A stretch of DNA of 64,000 nt from Laetmonice hystrix (taxonomy: Eukaryota), in contig OZ249437.1 in NCBI GenBank assembly GCA_965235115.1, positions 18,786,001 through 18,850,000 on the forward strand, read 5' to 3'. How positions within the stretch are numbered: position 1 is the first letter of the stretch; each line of letters opens with the position of its first letter. Made by a program: the position numbers and the translations under genes. The notes under the pieces were generated by a model. It searched no databases, was not told the origin of the DNA, and saw nothing but the letters and a program-made list of their open reading frames with translations. Of this stretch, positions 24,503 through 37,719 are shown piece by piece.

Positions 24503-24690
24503 GCCTAGAGTTCTTTGAAACCAGTGCAAAGGAGAACATCAACGTGAAGGCGGTGTTTGAACGTCTCGTGGACATCATCTGTGACAAGATGTCTGAGAGT
24601 CTAGACTCGGACCCTACAATCGTCAACAATCCCCAGACCAAGCGCCTGACGGAGAACCCCAACCCGCAAAACGCTGGCTGTCAGTGCTAA
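24503..24690 (+). CDS. RAB3: Rab3 last coding exon ([34 protein letters not shown]...NAGCQC*)
   Basis: ETSAK (G5) motif, C-terminal CxC prenylation motif and TAA stop. Acceptor gttccag| in phase 1, matching the upstream exon. Confidence 0.97.
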
Positions 24691-25737
24691 TCAGCCATGG
24701 GCCGCCTCGGTCGATGGTCAAACGGGACCCCGCCAACACCACCACACAGCCACCCGGGCACAGAGGACGCCGCCGGAGGTATAGCAGGGGTTCCCGTAAC
24801 TCACTCAACAGACTGACCATAGATGCTGTATGATGCTGCTTTTACTGTTTGAAACCATCAGTAATAACAAATCTGCCACAAGGATGAAGCATCAGCCAGC
24901 GTATGGAAGGCATGCTGTATGTTAGACAGCTGACCGATACTGTTTGGATATGGGGACAAAAAGAAGAAAAAATGTCAATATATGTTAAGGTATGTGGTTG
25001 GGTCTGCACCTGGAATATGTTTGCCGCTGACAAAAAGAAAAAAAGGAAGATGAGAAAAAAACGAAAGTGGAGAAAACACAACAGAATCTATCCTGCATCT
25101 GCCAAGCTGTTTCCCATGGAGAATGTAAACTCACTTAACAACCGTAAGCCATAGTTCTCACGTGTATCAACTGTTGATTGGCAAACTCGAATCCATTTCC
25201 CTGGTGTGTTGTTCTGTGTGTATAACACTTGATATGGGGGCTGACTCCAATCCTTGGTCACCAAGTCGGAACACCCTGGGAGTACTACCGTCAGTATAAG
25301 AAATGTTACTAGCAGTTAATCTACCCGTTACGTGTACCAGTATCATAGTTTGGTAACCACGCCTATATCCAGCTAGCCACCAGGATTGAATGAGAACGGA
25401 AGTCATTGAAGGACATTTCTGTCGGCCAGAGGTGACTACATCTGCTCTGTCTGGCTGGCGAGTAAAATAAACGTTCACAGGTTAACGAGTTACCACGATG
25501 CTTCCATGATCATCAGAATACAATCCATGTGGCACAAAGGAAAACATCGTGCGATTTACAAGACCAACAAAATTAGAGCCGACATTTTGAAGACCGTCTG
25601 GTGGTCGATATTTGTTTTCACTTTGTCTCCATTGTCGGAGGGGAGTACATTGACCATAGAAACCAGAGCGAAATGCACGCCAGCATACGTGATAGCTCAA
25701 TAAATAAACGTTGTAAGAAACTGGTCGCAGGAGAAGC

Positions 25738-25836
25738 TTGCAGATAAACCAGAGTTGGCAGATAAACCAGAGTTGGCAGATAAACCAGAGTTGGCAGATA
25801 AACCAGAGTTGGCAGATAAACCAGAGTTAGCAGATA
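25738..25836. repeat. 18-bp repeat, about 5.5 copies, in the probable RAB3 3' UTR region
   Basis: gcagataaaccagagttg. Confidence 0.9.
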
Positions 25837-28800
25837 GAAACACCAGTCCATCGTCAATGATTGTAAATTAGTTACACAAGGCCTGATATTATTATTACAC
25901 ACTGTGTGTTTTAAACCTCGAACAACCCCGACGTCTCGACACCAGACACCGACTTACATTCGGCCATTTTCACCGTGGGAAAACGTAGCCAGCCCCCTGA
26001 TTGCCAGGGACGCTAGGCTCCAGCGAGGAGGAGGTTTTTGATTTTTACCCCAGACGGGCATTTGCAGACGTTTGAGATCTCAGTAGGGATTGTCCATGTT
26101 TTAAGAGTGTCTGGAGCGATCTGCTGCCGTTACTATGGCTACAGGAGGAGGAGGAGGAGTTAGGCAGACACGTCCATCATGTCAGGCCCACCATCAGCAC
26201 TGCCTGCTGGAATATTCAATGTTAGAACGGTTAACTGTGAATTGCTGAGGTCAGAAACGATGATAACATCAAGCGGAAGGAAAGCGTGGGAAGATGAGGA
26301 CATGCGAAGGTTATAATCAGGAGATATGGTTGAGTTTGCGAAGGTTATAATCAGGAGATATGGTTGAGTTTGTGTAGGTGGACACGGTGGACATGATAAC
26401 AGGTAGTAACATTGAACGAGTCGGGTTAACTTGATGTTTACATTTTACATGTAAAGCTGTAATTGGTGAGACGTTTACATGTAGTATACCAGGTGGTCAG
26501 TGCGGCCTGTGCGCCCCTTCCCATGGATGATCTCATGGCGTTTGGCAGGACCCGCGCTGAGTGCGTAGATTTAATTTTTGGGCCGGACGCCATGATTAAC
26601 GTTATTTTGCCCCCTCCCTCCCCGAGATTGCGTCAGGACGGTGTTGGATGACATGTTAAACGTTGGTCGCCGGGCAAGTGTCGACTGTGGACAGCTTGCT
26701 GTTACCGCTAGACGACCTGCAGCCTGGGTCGAGTTGAAGTCCCGGTCGGCTCCCCTGGCAATGGGTGCTGTTGGCTGGACTAGCTGGAGCTAGTTACCAC
26801 AGCGTTCCGTCTCCAGGGCTAAGCTCCCCGAGTTATTGTTGATGTGTTGGGTTACTGTAGCATCAGGAAGCAATATTCTCACAGGAACACTTTAAACTAG
26901 CTAGATTAAGAATAAAAAGTTGGTGTTTTGTCCGTGAATGTGTGCGTATGTCTGTATGTTTGCCTTGCCGGACTTTGTAACTTAGCTATTATATATCTGT
27001 GTTGATACCTGAGGATGATGAAGTGATGTTATCTAAGGATGAAGATCTGCTAGTGTTTCATGCTCATTGTTGCGACACTTCAGTTTATTCCCAGTATATA
27101 GATACACATCTTCCCATGACATAAAACATGAGCGTCATGTTTCAGGAACAAAGTTCTTGTGTTGTTTTAACTTAATTCTTAAAAAAAAAATATTTGTAGG
27201 CAGAGCTAAAGAAAAAATCTCAAACTTACAGAACTTCAGTGAATTTTAGTGCGGTTGGGGGTAGCACGGGAAAGAAGTTGCCCTAAAAGATCTACTTGGT
27301 AAATGTCATGTTGATTGGGACTAGTGTGTAACTTACGAGTAGGTAGTAAAGTATTATATTGAGGTTTGGCCCTGATGTGCACATCCAGTTTTGGGCAGGG
27401 ACCGCTAGCATGTTCTTCATGACAAACACATTGAACACCTCAACAACCACAAGTCCTCTGTAGTGACCTGGCTACATCTTCAGACAGAGAGACAACTAGT
27501 ACACAACACCAACAAATCTCTGATGGTCAGTTCCTTCTGTCAGGTGGTGTTAGTTGGAACCTCTCTCCCTCTCCGTACTGCCTCCTTGTCCTGCTGGCCG
27601 ACTGTATGCATTGTTAGAGATCGCCATCGTACAGGTATCTGCCCCAGAGAAGGAGAAAGGGGGGAGGAAGGGGAGGAGAATAGGAGTACACTGCCATTGA
27701 CATCTTGAAATCATCATCGGGAGATTGACATCAATAGTCAGCACAGTCCTCCACAAGACATGTGACCAAGTAGCAGACGTTAGTCACATCAGCCTACATG
27801 TCAAATCCAATTGCTCAAACGTTTCTGATTGCATGGCTTCAGCTGTACAACCAGTTGCTTTATTGTCTACCATAGTCTGAAAATGAAAATCACAAAGAAA
27901 GCCGTGCTGGGCGTATTTTCCTTAGTGAATCTCGTTGTGTTGTCGAGGTGCTGACGGAATGGAGGATGGTTGTTGAGTGTGTTTGTCAGGTTGGTTCTGG
28001 TGGTCCAGGCATTGGTGGCAGTCAATCATAGTGTCATTTCAATCTAGATAATTATATTTTGTCTGCTACACGGAACTGATAGAATATTCATAAACCCCAC
28101 CACCCTGTTTTAAATTGCATTTGCTGAACATTCCGAATACTCTTATTGAAAATATATATATTGCAGGATAATATAATATTGATGTAATGCGGTGTAATTA
28201 TCTCGGTAATCAGTAATGTTGATCAATGAGTGTTTCTGATTACTGTGTACCGGTATGTATGACGATGTGGCAATTCAGTTGTATCTGGACCAAATATTAC
28301 ACAACAGTGACTAGAAAGAATTTATTTTTGTTACTTATTTTCTGTTTACTTGTTTCCCAATTCTCTCATGTTTATTGTTTCATAAACGAAATATTCCATG
28401 TTAATATTTTAAGTATATTTACATAATATATAATCAGATGAGCAGAACTTATGGAAGAGCTATCTAGTCTCAGATGCAGTTGACTGTGTTAACCATCTCT
28501 GCGAGTCTGTCGAGAACGACCAGCCCCCCACATGTTGATTCTTTTACAAGTACAATCGGAATAATCGGTAAATATATAATATATGATGATTATGAATGAT
28601 AATTCTACATTGTATAGTCTACTCCTTCGGATGTATACATACCAGTAATACTTGTACAGTAGAGGTTGCTATAGATACTCTGTGACTATTGTGTATATCT
28701 AGGTGAAACAGAGATAACTTAAAATGTCTAGATGCACAGCTTCATGGTTTAATGATGTTGGAAAGTTGTATATTGGCTCCAATGAAGGGGAATGATACAA

Positions 28801-29092
28801 GTCCCAATGCGAAGTGTACTTGGCTTGTTGTATTGAGAGTGCCCAGCGGGGAAGTACCCCTTCAGTAATGTATGAACCTGTAGACGGTAGCGTTCCAGTT
28901 GGGTCCCAAGACACGAGAGCAGGACGCAGGCAGTATGAGCCGTGAAGTGTAAAACCATTTCATGGCTGCAGTACCGCCGCGAAATGAGGACAATGTTTAG
29001 GAAAGAGTACTGTATGGCATCAGTAAAGGCACCATATGGCTGTTGTTACACGTATGTGAAAGGTCATGTATTTATGTTTCAGTGTAAATGAA

Positions 29093-29098
29093 AATAAA
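29093..29098 (+). promoter_or_regulatory. Candidate distal polyadenylation signal of RAB3 (proximal AATAAA pair at 25699-25708)
   Basis: AATAAA preceded by TGTA motifs at the end of a long AT-rich, UTR-like stretch. No transcript evidence. Confidence 0.4.
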
Positions 29099-30137
29099 AT
29101 GTTAAGAAGATGAATACTAGTATATTCCGATGGCGACAATTATGATTAAGGAGCCTGGAAGATATAGAAGGAATTGTTCCTGGCAGGCAGTATGCAGCTG
29201 GTGATGGTGTTGGTGTCTAACGCTGTAAATAAGACCAATAACCGCAGTCCAACCAAGGCTCCATGTGACAGGGTGAAACAAAAAAAAATACAAAACTGGC
29301 AAGTCCCGAACACAATGTCATGCAGTGAATAGCATACTTATATATAAAAACCAGAAGGACCATGTTGGTAAATAGCCCTGCAGCCTGCTGTAACTTTATG
29401 GCGAATTCGACAATTACCATAAGGTCTTGTCCCCACAGGCACTGTTAACGAGAACCCCAACCCAAGCGGACAGTGGGTGTTTTCTGTGCTAGAAGAAGTC
29501 TGGTTGTATATCCCAGCCGACGGTCGATGTCTGACCACCAAACTCGTGCAGTCGTGATGCATGTATACTGTTTCCCTGCCTGTAGCTGCCTCAAGTCAGT
29601 AGTCAATGTAGAACACTCGACCATCAACTTGTATGGATGAAATCAATAAAATCCAACATGGCAAACTACCTAGTCGTGGCTTCCCTCATAATCCCCGGCA
29701 AGCATCGCCTAGACGTTACTGGCAGCAGCAACCAAACTCGATTCGACCCGATCTCGGACGGTAGTCGGGGAGGGACCATGAATGTTGGCGGGCGATGATA
29801 ACAGAAAACAGACCGTTACTTTGAGTATCTTTGATTACCGGAATATGTTTGTGATGTTGACTGGGTTTCCGCGGGTAAATGGATTGGAAATGCTAGCGGT
29901 ACATGGCGATGGATGCGGCAGTGGTATCGGTAATACTGAACCTGAGGCAGCGATCTGGCTGCCATGACGCGACGTCGTGCGGTACGGGCGTCCGTCATAT
30001 TGGGGCTTGACCTTGTTTGACGACTGCTTAACTAGGTCATCCACGAGGGGGGCGACGGGGTCCATCTTTACACATGCACGGTTGGAGGAGAGTCCTTTAT
30101 CCGAGTCTGGTAAAGGTCATATTGAAACTCAAAATAC

Positions 30138-30518
30138 TGCTTGTCCTAGTTATAATTGACGGCAATCATTGGCCCAGAATTCAGATCATTTATAAATGGA
30201 CTGCTTGTCCTAGTTATAATTGACGGTATTCATTGGCCCAGAATTCAGATCATTTATAAATGGACTGCTTGTCCTAGTTATAATTGACGGCATTCATTGG
30301 CCCAGAATTCAGATCATTTATAAATGGACTGCTTGTCCTAGTTATAATTGACGGCATTCATTGGCCTAGAATTAAGATCATTTATAAATGGACTGCTTGT
30401 CCTAGTTATAATTGACGGCATTCATTGGCCCAGAATTAAGATCATTTATAAATGGACTGCTTGTCCTAGTTATAATTGACGGCATTCATTGGCCCAGAAT
30501 TAAGATCATTTATAAATG
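30138..30518. repeat. 64-bp minisatellite, about 6 copies
   Basis: ggactgcttgtcctagttataattgacggcattcattggcccagaattcagatcatttataaat. Confidence 0.95.
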
Positions 30519-31381
30519 GAGTGTCAGGATTGAAATATCCTCTTACGGACTCTTACATCCATGCGATCGTCGACAGAGGTTACACGTACACGAAATCTTT
30601 CGGTGCTGTACCAGGGATATAACCTTGTGAATACCAGTTCACGGACTCTGCCAGAGTAGGCCTATGGGTGCTTTTGAAGAAGAAAGGCTGCCGACTGCGC
30701 TGAGTGATACCCGGCGTCGACTGGTGGCTGCATGCCTGCAGTCAGCCCCCCCCCCCCGCCCAGCGCCGCCTAGTCTGACTATATTGATCTCAATATTCGG
30801 TGGTCGCTGCACCAGCTTTGATCAGCGGCTGGTTACCCGTACATAGCTTTAAGATTTACCATAATCTGGCCGTGCTGCGTGCATCCACCCTCCGTAAATC
30901 TGGCCATGAATTGTCAAATCCCGGCCGTTTCACGCCAGACTTGGAGGCCGGAATAACCGTCCAGCACTTGCAAGAGAAACCGTTTCTTCGTGTCGAATGG
31001 TTATGGCGTTTTCATTGAACGTAAATTGGTGGGAGTATGCCCCTCCCTACCCTTACCCCCTCCCTACCCATACCCCCTTCACCGCCACCCCTCAGATGTG
31101 GACAACCGTACGTCCTTGGACAATGCCCGTGTCATGAAGTGGGCTCCCATTATCTTTTATATCTTTCATAGATCATCGAAATGAAATTTCCGTTTGTTTA
31201 GAACATGGTCTGGTCTAGCGAGATAAGCCAAATAATTTAATTATCTACATCTGGTGCGTCGTTTAATGCTATTTATAGGTCTAGCTTCCATCGATACGTT
31301 TTCAATTATACACTGAACAAATATTGATCCTTTGTGGGGAATCGACAAGGGCTGCGTGCGGAGGTTGCACTCGTAAACTGA

Positions 31382-32335
31382 TTACTGTAAGCTCAGGTGG
31401 ATAGGTCACCTTGAAATGGTTTCACTTGATTTACTGTAAGCTCAGGTGGATAGGTCACCTTGAAATGGTTTCACTTGATTTACTGTAAGCTCAGGTGGAT
31501 AGGTCACCTTGAAACGGTTTCACTTGATTTACTGTAAGCTCAGGTGGATAGGTCACCTTGAAATGGTTTCACTTGATTTACTGTAAGCTCAGGTGGATAG
31601 GTCACCTTGAAATGGTTTACTTGATTTACTGTAAGCTCAGGTGGATAGGTCACCTTGAAATGGTTTCACTTGGTATACGTTCAGTGTCTTTATGAAGGTT
31701 TGGTATACGTTCAGTGTCTTTATGAAGGTTGGTATACGTTCAGTGTCTTTATGAAGGTTGGTATACGTTCAGTGTCTTTATGAGGGTTTGGTATACGTTC
31801 AGTGTCTTTATGAAGGTTTGGTATACGTTCAGTGTCTTTATGAAGGTTTGGTATACGTTCAGTGTCTTTATGAGGGGTTGGTATACGTTCAGTGTCTTTA
31901 TGAGGGTTTGGTATACGTTCAGGGTCTTTATGAGAGTTTGGTATACGTTCAGTGTCTTTATGAGGGTTTGGTATACGTTCAGTGTCTTTATGAGGGTTTG
32001 GTATACGTTCAGGGTCTTTATGAGGGTTTGGTATACGTTCAGTGTCTTTATGAGGGTTTGGTATACGTTCAGTGTCTTTATGATGGTTGGTATACGTTCA
32101 GTGTCTTTATGAAAGTTGGTATACGTTCAGTGTCTTTATGAGGGTTTGGTATACGTTCAGTGTCTTTATGAGGGTTTGGTATACGTTCAGTGTCTTTATG
32201 AAGATTGGTATACGTTCAGTGTCTTTATGAAAGTTGGTATACGTTCAGTGTCTTTATGAGGGTTTGGTATACGTTCAGTGTCTTTATGAGGGTTTGGTAT
32301 ACGCTCAGTGTCTTTATGAGGGTTTGGTATACGTC
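31382..32335. repeat. Two abutting arrays: 49-bp x about 6, then 29/30-bp x about 22
   Basis: ttactgtaagctcaggtggatagg...; tggtatacgttcagtgtctttatgagggtt. Confidence 0.95.
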
Positions 32336-33514
32336 TAACTGACAGAATGATCGTGGTGGTTGGTGTGAATCAATGACCATGAATATTTTACCCGACATTT
32401 CGGGCCGGCGCGGACTCGCTTTATGATTGCAGTGTTTGTTAAGGGGAGAAGCGACACGGAAGAGGCGGGACGAATGACAAGTTATTTTATAGAGGCTGGT
32501 GTAACCGCGGTTGACATGGCGTATAGGTTTCCAGAACATTTCTAGGGTTTCCCAAATGCCATTGAAAAGAAAAATGTCTCTTTCTCTTGTCTTTACTATT
32601 TAAACTGTCATCAACTGATCAAGGTGTTTACACAGTTAAAATCAATCGTATACGTCCTCCTGTAAATGTCTTTAGCTCGCAGTGTCACCGTTTCACTGTA
32701 TTCGTTTCGTACCGGGAGAAAAACGAGGAAACCCTTTCATCTAGCAATAAGATAATGCAACATTGAATAATGAAGAAAACAAAATTATCCAGATTTTCTC
32801 AAGAGAATTGAAACTGAAAGAAAGATTTGAAAACCTAAAAATTGTTGCGCTGATAAGAAGAAGAAAGAACCCAAGAATGCAAGCAGCTTTAGAATTGTTT
32901 CTGTGAATCAATTCAGTTCATTGAGTTTTCAGCGGTTTTATGAGACTAACTTGAGTGTTATATTGAAGTGCACCTGCCATCCTGGCTCAAATATGAATTT
33001 TACCATTTTAGACCCGCCACATAAATGAACTAATTAACCCAAAATATGGCTAATTAAGATTCACAATGTTCACCTTTCAAGTGGAATAATCTGAAAATAG
33101 TGTCGCTATTTTATGAATGTGTGTTACGAAGCGCTGGCCGCCTGCGATCTCTGCATAGGTTAACTCATTATCTCCTAACTATTACACATGCATACTTGGG
33201 TATAGGCAGATTATTTTCATCCTTATTATAGGATAGCTGACCTATTCTAGTGACCTTCCTGAGACCTTTAGTGGTCGTTAACATTCCAGTTTAAACCAAC
33301 AGCCTTTTGAGCTAACCTTCCGAATTTCAAAGGGAGAGCATCTATTATAGGTTTGCTCATTTGATTTAATTCCAAGCACTGCTTTCTTGATTTAAGTGAT
33401 GGGGTATTGTGGATATTGTTAGTAGTTTATGCGTGGAGACCTGACGAAGGTCTACATGTATGTTGATTATACCAATCCATCATAGAACCAATCGTACTGG
33501 TAAACGGAAACGGT

Positions 33515-34546
33515 AAACAGAATGGATTGAGTCTTACTGGGAGATAAATGGGACCAATCCAGAATGGATTGAGTCTTACTGGGAGATAAATGGGACCAAT
33601 CCAGAATGGATTCAGTCTTACTGGGAGATAAATGGGACCAATCCAGAATGGATTGAGTCTTACTGGGAGATAAATAGGACCAATCTAGAATGGATTGAGT
33701 CTTACTGGGAGATAAATGGGACCAATCCAGAATGGATTGAGTCTTACTGGAAGATAAATGGAACCAATCCAGAATGGATTCAGTCTTACTGGAAGATAAA
33801 TGGGACCAATCCAGAATGGATTGAGTCTGACTGGGAGATAAATAGGACCAATCCAGAATGGATTGAGTCTTACTGGGAGATAAATGGGACCAATCCAGAA
33901 TGGATTGAGTCTTACTGGAAGATAAATGGAACCAATCCAGAATGGATTGAGTCTTACTGGGAGATAAATAGGACCAATCCAGAATGGATTGAGTCTTACT
34001 GGGAGATAAATGGGACCAATCCAGAATGGATTGAGTCTTACTGGGAGATAAATGGGACCGATCCAGAATGGATTGGGTCTTACTGGGAGATAAATGGGAC
34101 CAATCCAGAATGGATTGAGTCTTACTGGGAGATAAATGGGACCAATCCAGAATGGATTGAGTTTTACTGGGAGATAAATGGGACCAAACCAGAATGGATT
34201 CAGTCTTACTGGGAGATAAATGGGACCAATCCAGAATGGATTGAGTCTTACTGGGAGATAAATGGGACCAATCCAGAATGGATTGAGTCTTACTGGGAGA
34301 TAAATGGGACCAATCCAGAATGGATTCAGTCTTACTGGGAGATAAATGGGACCAATCCAGAATGGATTGAGTCTTACTGGGAGATAAATGGGACCGATCC
34401 AGAATGGATTGAGTCTTCCTGGGAGATAAATGGGACCGATCCAGAATGGATTGAGTCTTACTGGGAGATAAATGGGACCAATCCAGAATGGATTGAGTCT
34501 TACTGGAAGATAAATGGGACCAATCCAGAATGGATTGAGTCTTACC
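33515..34546. repeat. 42-bp minisatellite, about 24 copies
   Basis: ccagaatggattgagtcttactgggagataaatgggaccaat; source of the 394-aa ORF. Confidence 0.97.
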
Positions 34547-35182
34547 CGGAGACGCTAGTTGTATATAACATGACGCCACATAAATGAAGAACCAAGTTCT
34601 GTGGTACGAGCCAAACATTGGACCTTTTGTCCCCCGCTGCAGAACTATCATTTTATATACTACTAATGGTATCGCTCCAGATTGGATATGGTGATGTGTG
34701 GGTACCAGTTGAGACTCATGGAATCAGTTTCACTGGTATGAAATAGAGCCTGAGTCTCCGATGGCATTAATAGAGGATCAAACCACACCATTAACGGAAT
34801 CATCTAATGTCAGTAACAGTCTTTAAATATTGGATTTTAAAGGTCAGAATTGGTTGTCTTTTCTCATTTCTTCCTCTTCTTTGATCCATAGAAACGCCGA
34901 TTTTAGCGATGAGTCAAACTGTACTTTAAGTCCAACACTAACAAAAGTTACGCTGCCGGTAAAGTTGTAATATAAATGATTTTAACAGCAACCTTTAAAC
35001 TGTTACGAGCAGAAAGATTTCAAGGTCTTGTCAGACTTAAAACAATAGATAGGCAGTTTGTAAGATGGCAGAGAATGAATACTCCTGTTTACTGCCTCAA
35101 TGATGATGCGGATTTATACTTTCCTTCCACAACTCTGCTGACGAGACAGGCATTTCATTGGTCGCCATTTCCATTCTCCATC

Positions 35183-35551
35183 ACCCTGCCGGTTCAAACC
35201 TCGTGCCGCCTGCCAGCGCTGTGGCAGAACCCTGCCGGTTCAAACCTCGTGCCGCCTGCCAGCGCTGTGGCAGAACCCTGCCGGTTCATACCTCGTGCCG
35301 CCTGCCAGTGCTGTGGCAGAACCCTGCCGGTTCATATCTCGTGCCGCCTGCCAGTGCTGTGGCAGAACCCTGCCGGTTCAAACCTCGTGCCGCCTGCCAG
35401 CGCTGTGGCAGAACCCTGCCGGTTCAAACCTCGTGCCGCCTGCCAGCGCTGTGGCAGAACCCTGCCGGTTCAAACCTCGTGCCGCCTGCCAGCGCTGTGG
35501 CAGAACCCTGCCGGTTCAAACCTCGTGCCGCCTGCCAGCGCTGTGGCAGAA
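35183..35551. repeat. 46-bp minisatellite, about 8 copies, each with a ctgcca/tggcag mini-hairpin
   Basis: ccctgccggttcaaacctcgtgccgcctgccagcgctgtggcagaa. Confidence 0.95.
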
Positions 35552-36145
35552 CGTTGTTATTCTGACAACTACGGCCAGTCTCCCAAGGGACCACACACAC
35601 ACATAGCAGCCAGCTTGCCAGCCTTTTCTGTGGCGTTATATAATTTGATGGTGGAAGGAAATTATGTCTTGTGGCATAACCATTACACCGTCAAGGAATA
35701 ACAAACAGGTTGACAGCTTATGGCGAGTAAAAGGCACACCAAGGAAGGGGACTATTTCATCTCCAGCTCATCAAATGTCCGTAACTCTATCTCTGTTAGG
35801 TCCAGTCCGTTCTGGAACATAAAAAATGCATAACCAGAAAACTGGGACCAATGCTGCTGATAAACTAGGCGTACAATGTCTCCAGCAGAAGGCGTTCCGA
35901 GAAAGATTAGCACGACACGTGGCTACCATGTTGAAATGAACGACAAAGAGAATTTATGGTCGGGAAAAAGCAGCACATACATACGGAGGTTTGGGGTCAA
36001 TATAGAGAGTTGTCAACCAGTGGTTGAAAGGCAGCAAGGTCATGGCATAGTTACAGGGACCGGGAAGCCATGTGGCTCCTCGGGTAGCGAGAATGTTCAG
36101 AAAGAGACCACAGCTAGCACAAGGCGAACTGTGAGGCGTATCTCT

Positions 36146-36415
36146 GGTGTTGGAGAGATGGCTGCCTGCTGCTCTGACTGGTGTTGGAGAGATGGCTGCC
36201 TGCTGCTCTGACTGGTGTTGGAGAGATGGCTGCCTGCTGCTCTGACTGGTGTTGGAGAGATGGCTGCCTGCTGCTCTGACTGGTGTTGGAGAGATGGCTG
36301 CCTGCTGCTCTGACTGGTGTTGGAGAGATGGCTGCCTGCTGCTCTGACTGGTGTTGGAGAGATGGCTGCCTGCTGCTCTGACTGGTGTTGGAGAGATGGC
36401 TGCTGCTCTGACTGC
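36146..36415. repeat. 34-bp minisatellite, about 8 copies
   Basis: tctgactggtgttggagagatggctgcctgctgc. Confidence 0.95.
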
Positions 36416-36923
36416 GCTGGAGAGAATCTTCCTGTCCTATTAATTATTATCTCAAAGGCAGGCATGCATGACACTGCTATCAATAGGCTTGGAAGCCCTG
36501 CATCGGCAGCAGCGCGTGCACCACCGGCAGTGGCGGCATCAGTACTACCTCCCCCACTGGCGCCACCACTGGCGCCACCACCACCGGCTGGCTGCTCCTG
36601 CTGAGGCTGCGGACGCCGGTGGCGGTGGTGGTGGTGGTGGCGATGCACGTGGCTGTGACAATTCAGCACCAGTGACGACGCCGTCCGTGCTCGTCCACGA
36701 CCAAGGGACACACACACATTGTAGGGATCCAGCACACTCAGAGTCCGCCGACCCCCCGCAACTAATGGCCATCACGGCCGGCACGGTCCTCAGGTACGGT
36801 GTCCTATAGCAGCATCCGTACGACAACCACCGCCTGCTAAAATACAGGCACCCTCATCAGGGGGGGATGGAAGCAACACGCATCACATCACAACAGTTGA
36901 CGCCGAAAGAAACTTGTTCTTCG

Positions 36924-37170
36924 CTGTGAATACAATTCATCGATAGGCAGTATCACTGAGGAAGACTGTGAATACAATTCATCGATAGGCAATATCACTG
37001 AGGAAGACTGTGAATACAATTCATCGATAGGCAGTATCACTGAGGAAGACTGTGAATACAATTCATCGATAGGCAATATCACTGAGGAAGACTGTAAACA
37101 CAAGTCATCGATAGGCAGTATCACTGAGGAAGACTGTAAACACAATTCATCGATAGGCAGTATCACTAAG
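36924..37170. repeat. 42-bp minisatellite, about 6 copies
   Basis: tgtgaatacaattcatcgataggcagtatcactgaggaagac. Confidence 0.95.
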
Positions 37171-37719
37171 GACGATCGTGATGTCATAAATTTGACTTCC
37201 GTGCCTGCACTCGTCCTATTACAGCTTCGTATACCGTCGTATGGTACTATAGATTCATATCACTGAGCTAAAACCTCAACACCGTTTCTTCACAATCTGA
37301 TGGGAAGCTTGTCTGATCCCCAAGATATCTTCTCCATCTCCAACAATTCCACATCTCCTATCGCATCTGTGCACAGCCGCATGTATTTTTATAACTTGGA
37401 ATGACCCCCTTTATATTTTTTTCTTTGAATAGCGGAATGCTCAACATTGAGGAAAAACTGATCAATTTCTTAAATAACATATAGGCCAGGAAGAGTTTAG
37501 ATGTAACTCATACAACTGACGATAGGGTGTAATCTCGAATAATATAAACCGTAATATAAATGTTTAGTCAGTCGAGGGATTTTGTAATCCTGGCGTATTT
37601 ATATCTTAAGAGCAGTGATGAGTCGTTGATATGAGCAATATTAGCGAGTCCGCACCCATTAAGTAGTCCACCAAGTGTTTGCCGCCAAGCAACCATTATC
37701 CACCACACAAATAAACTTT

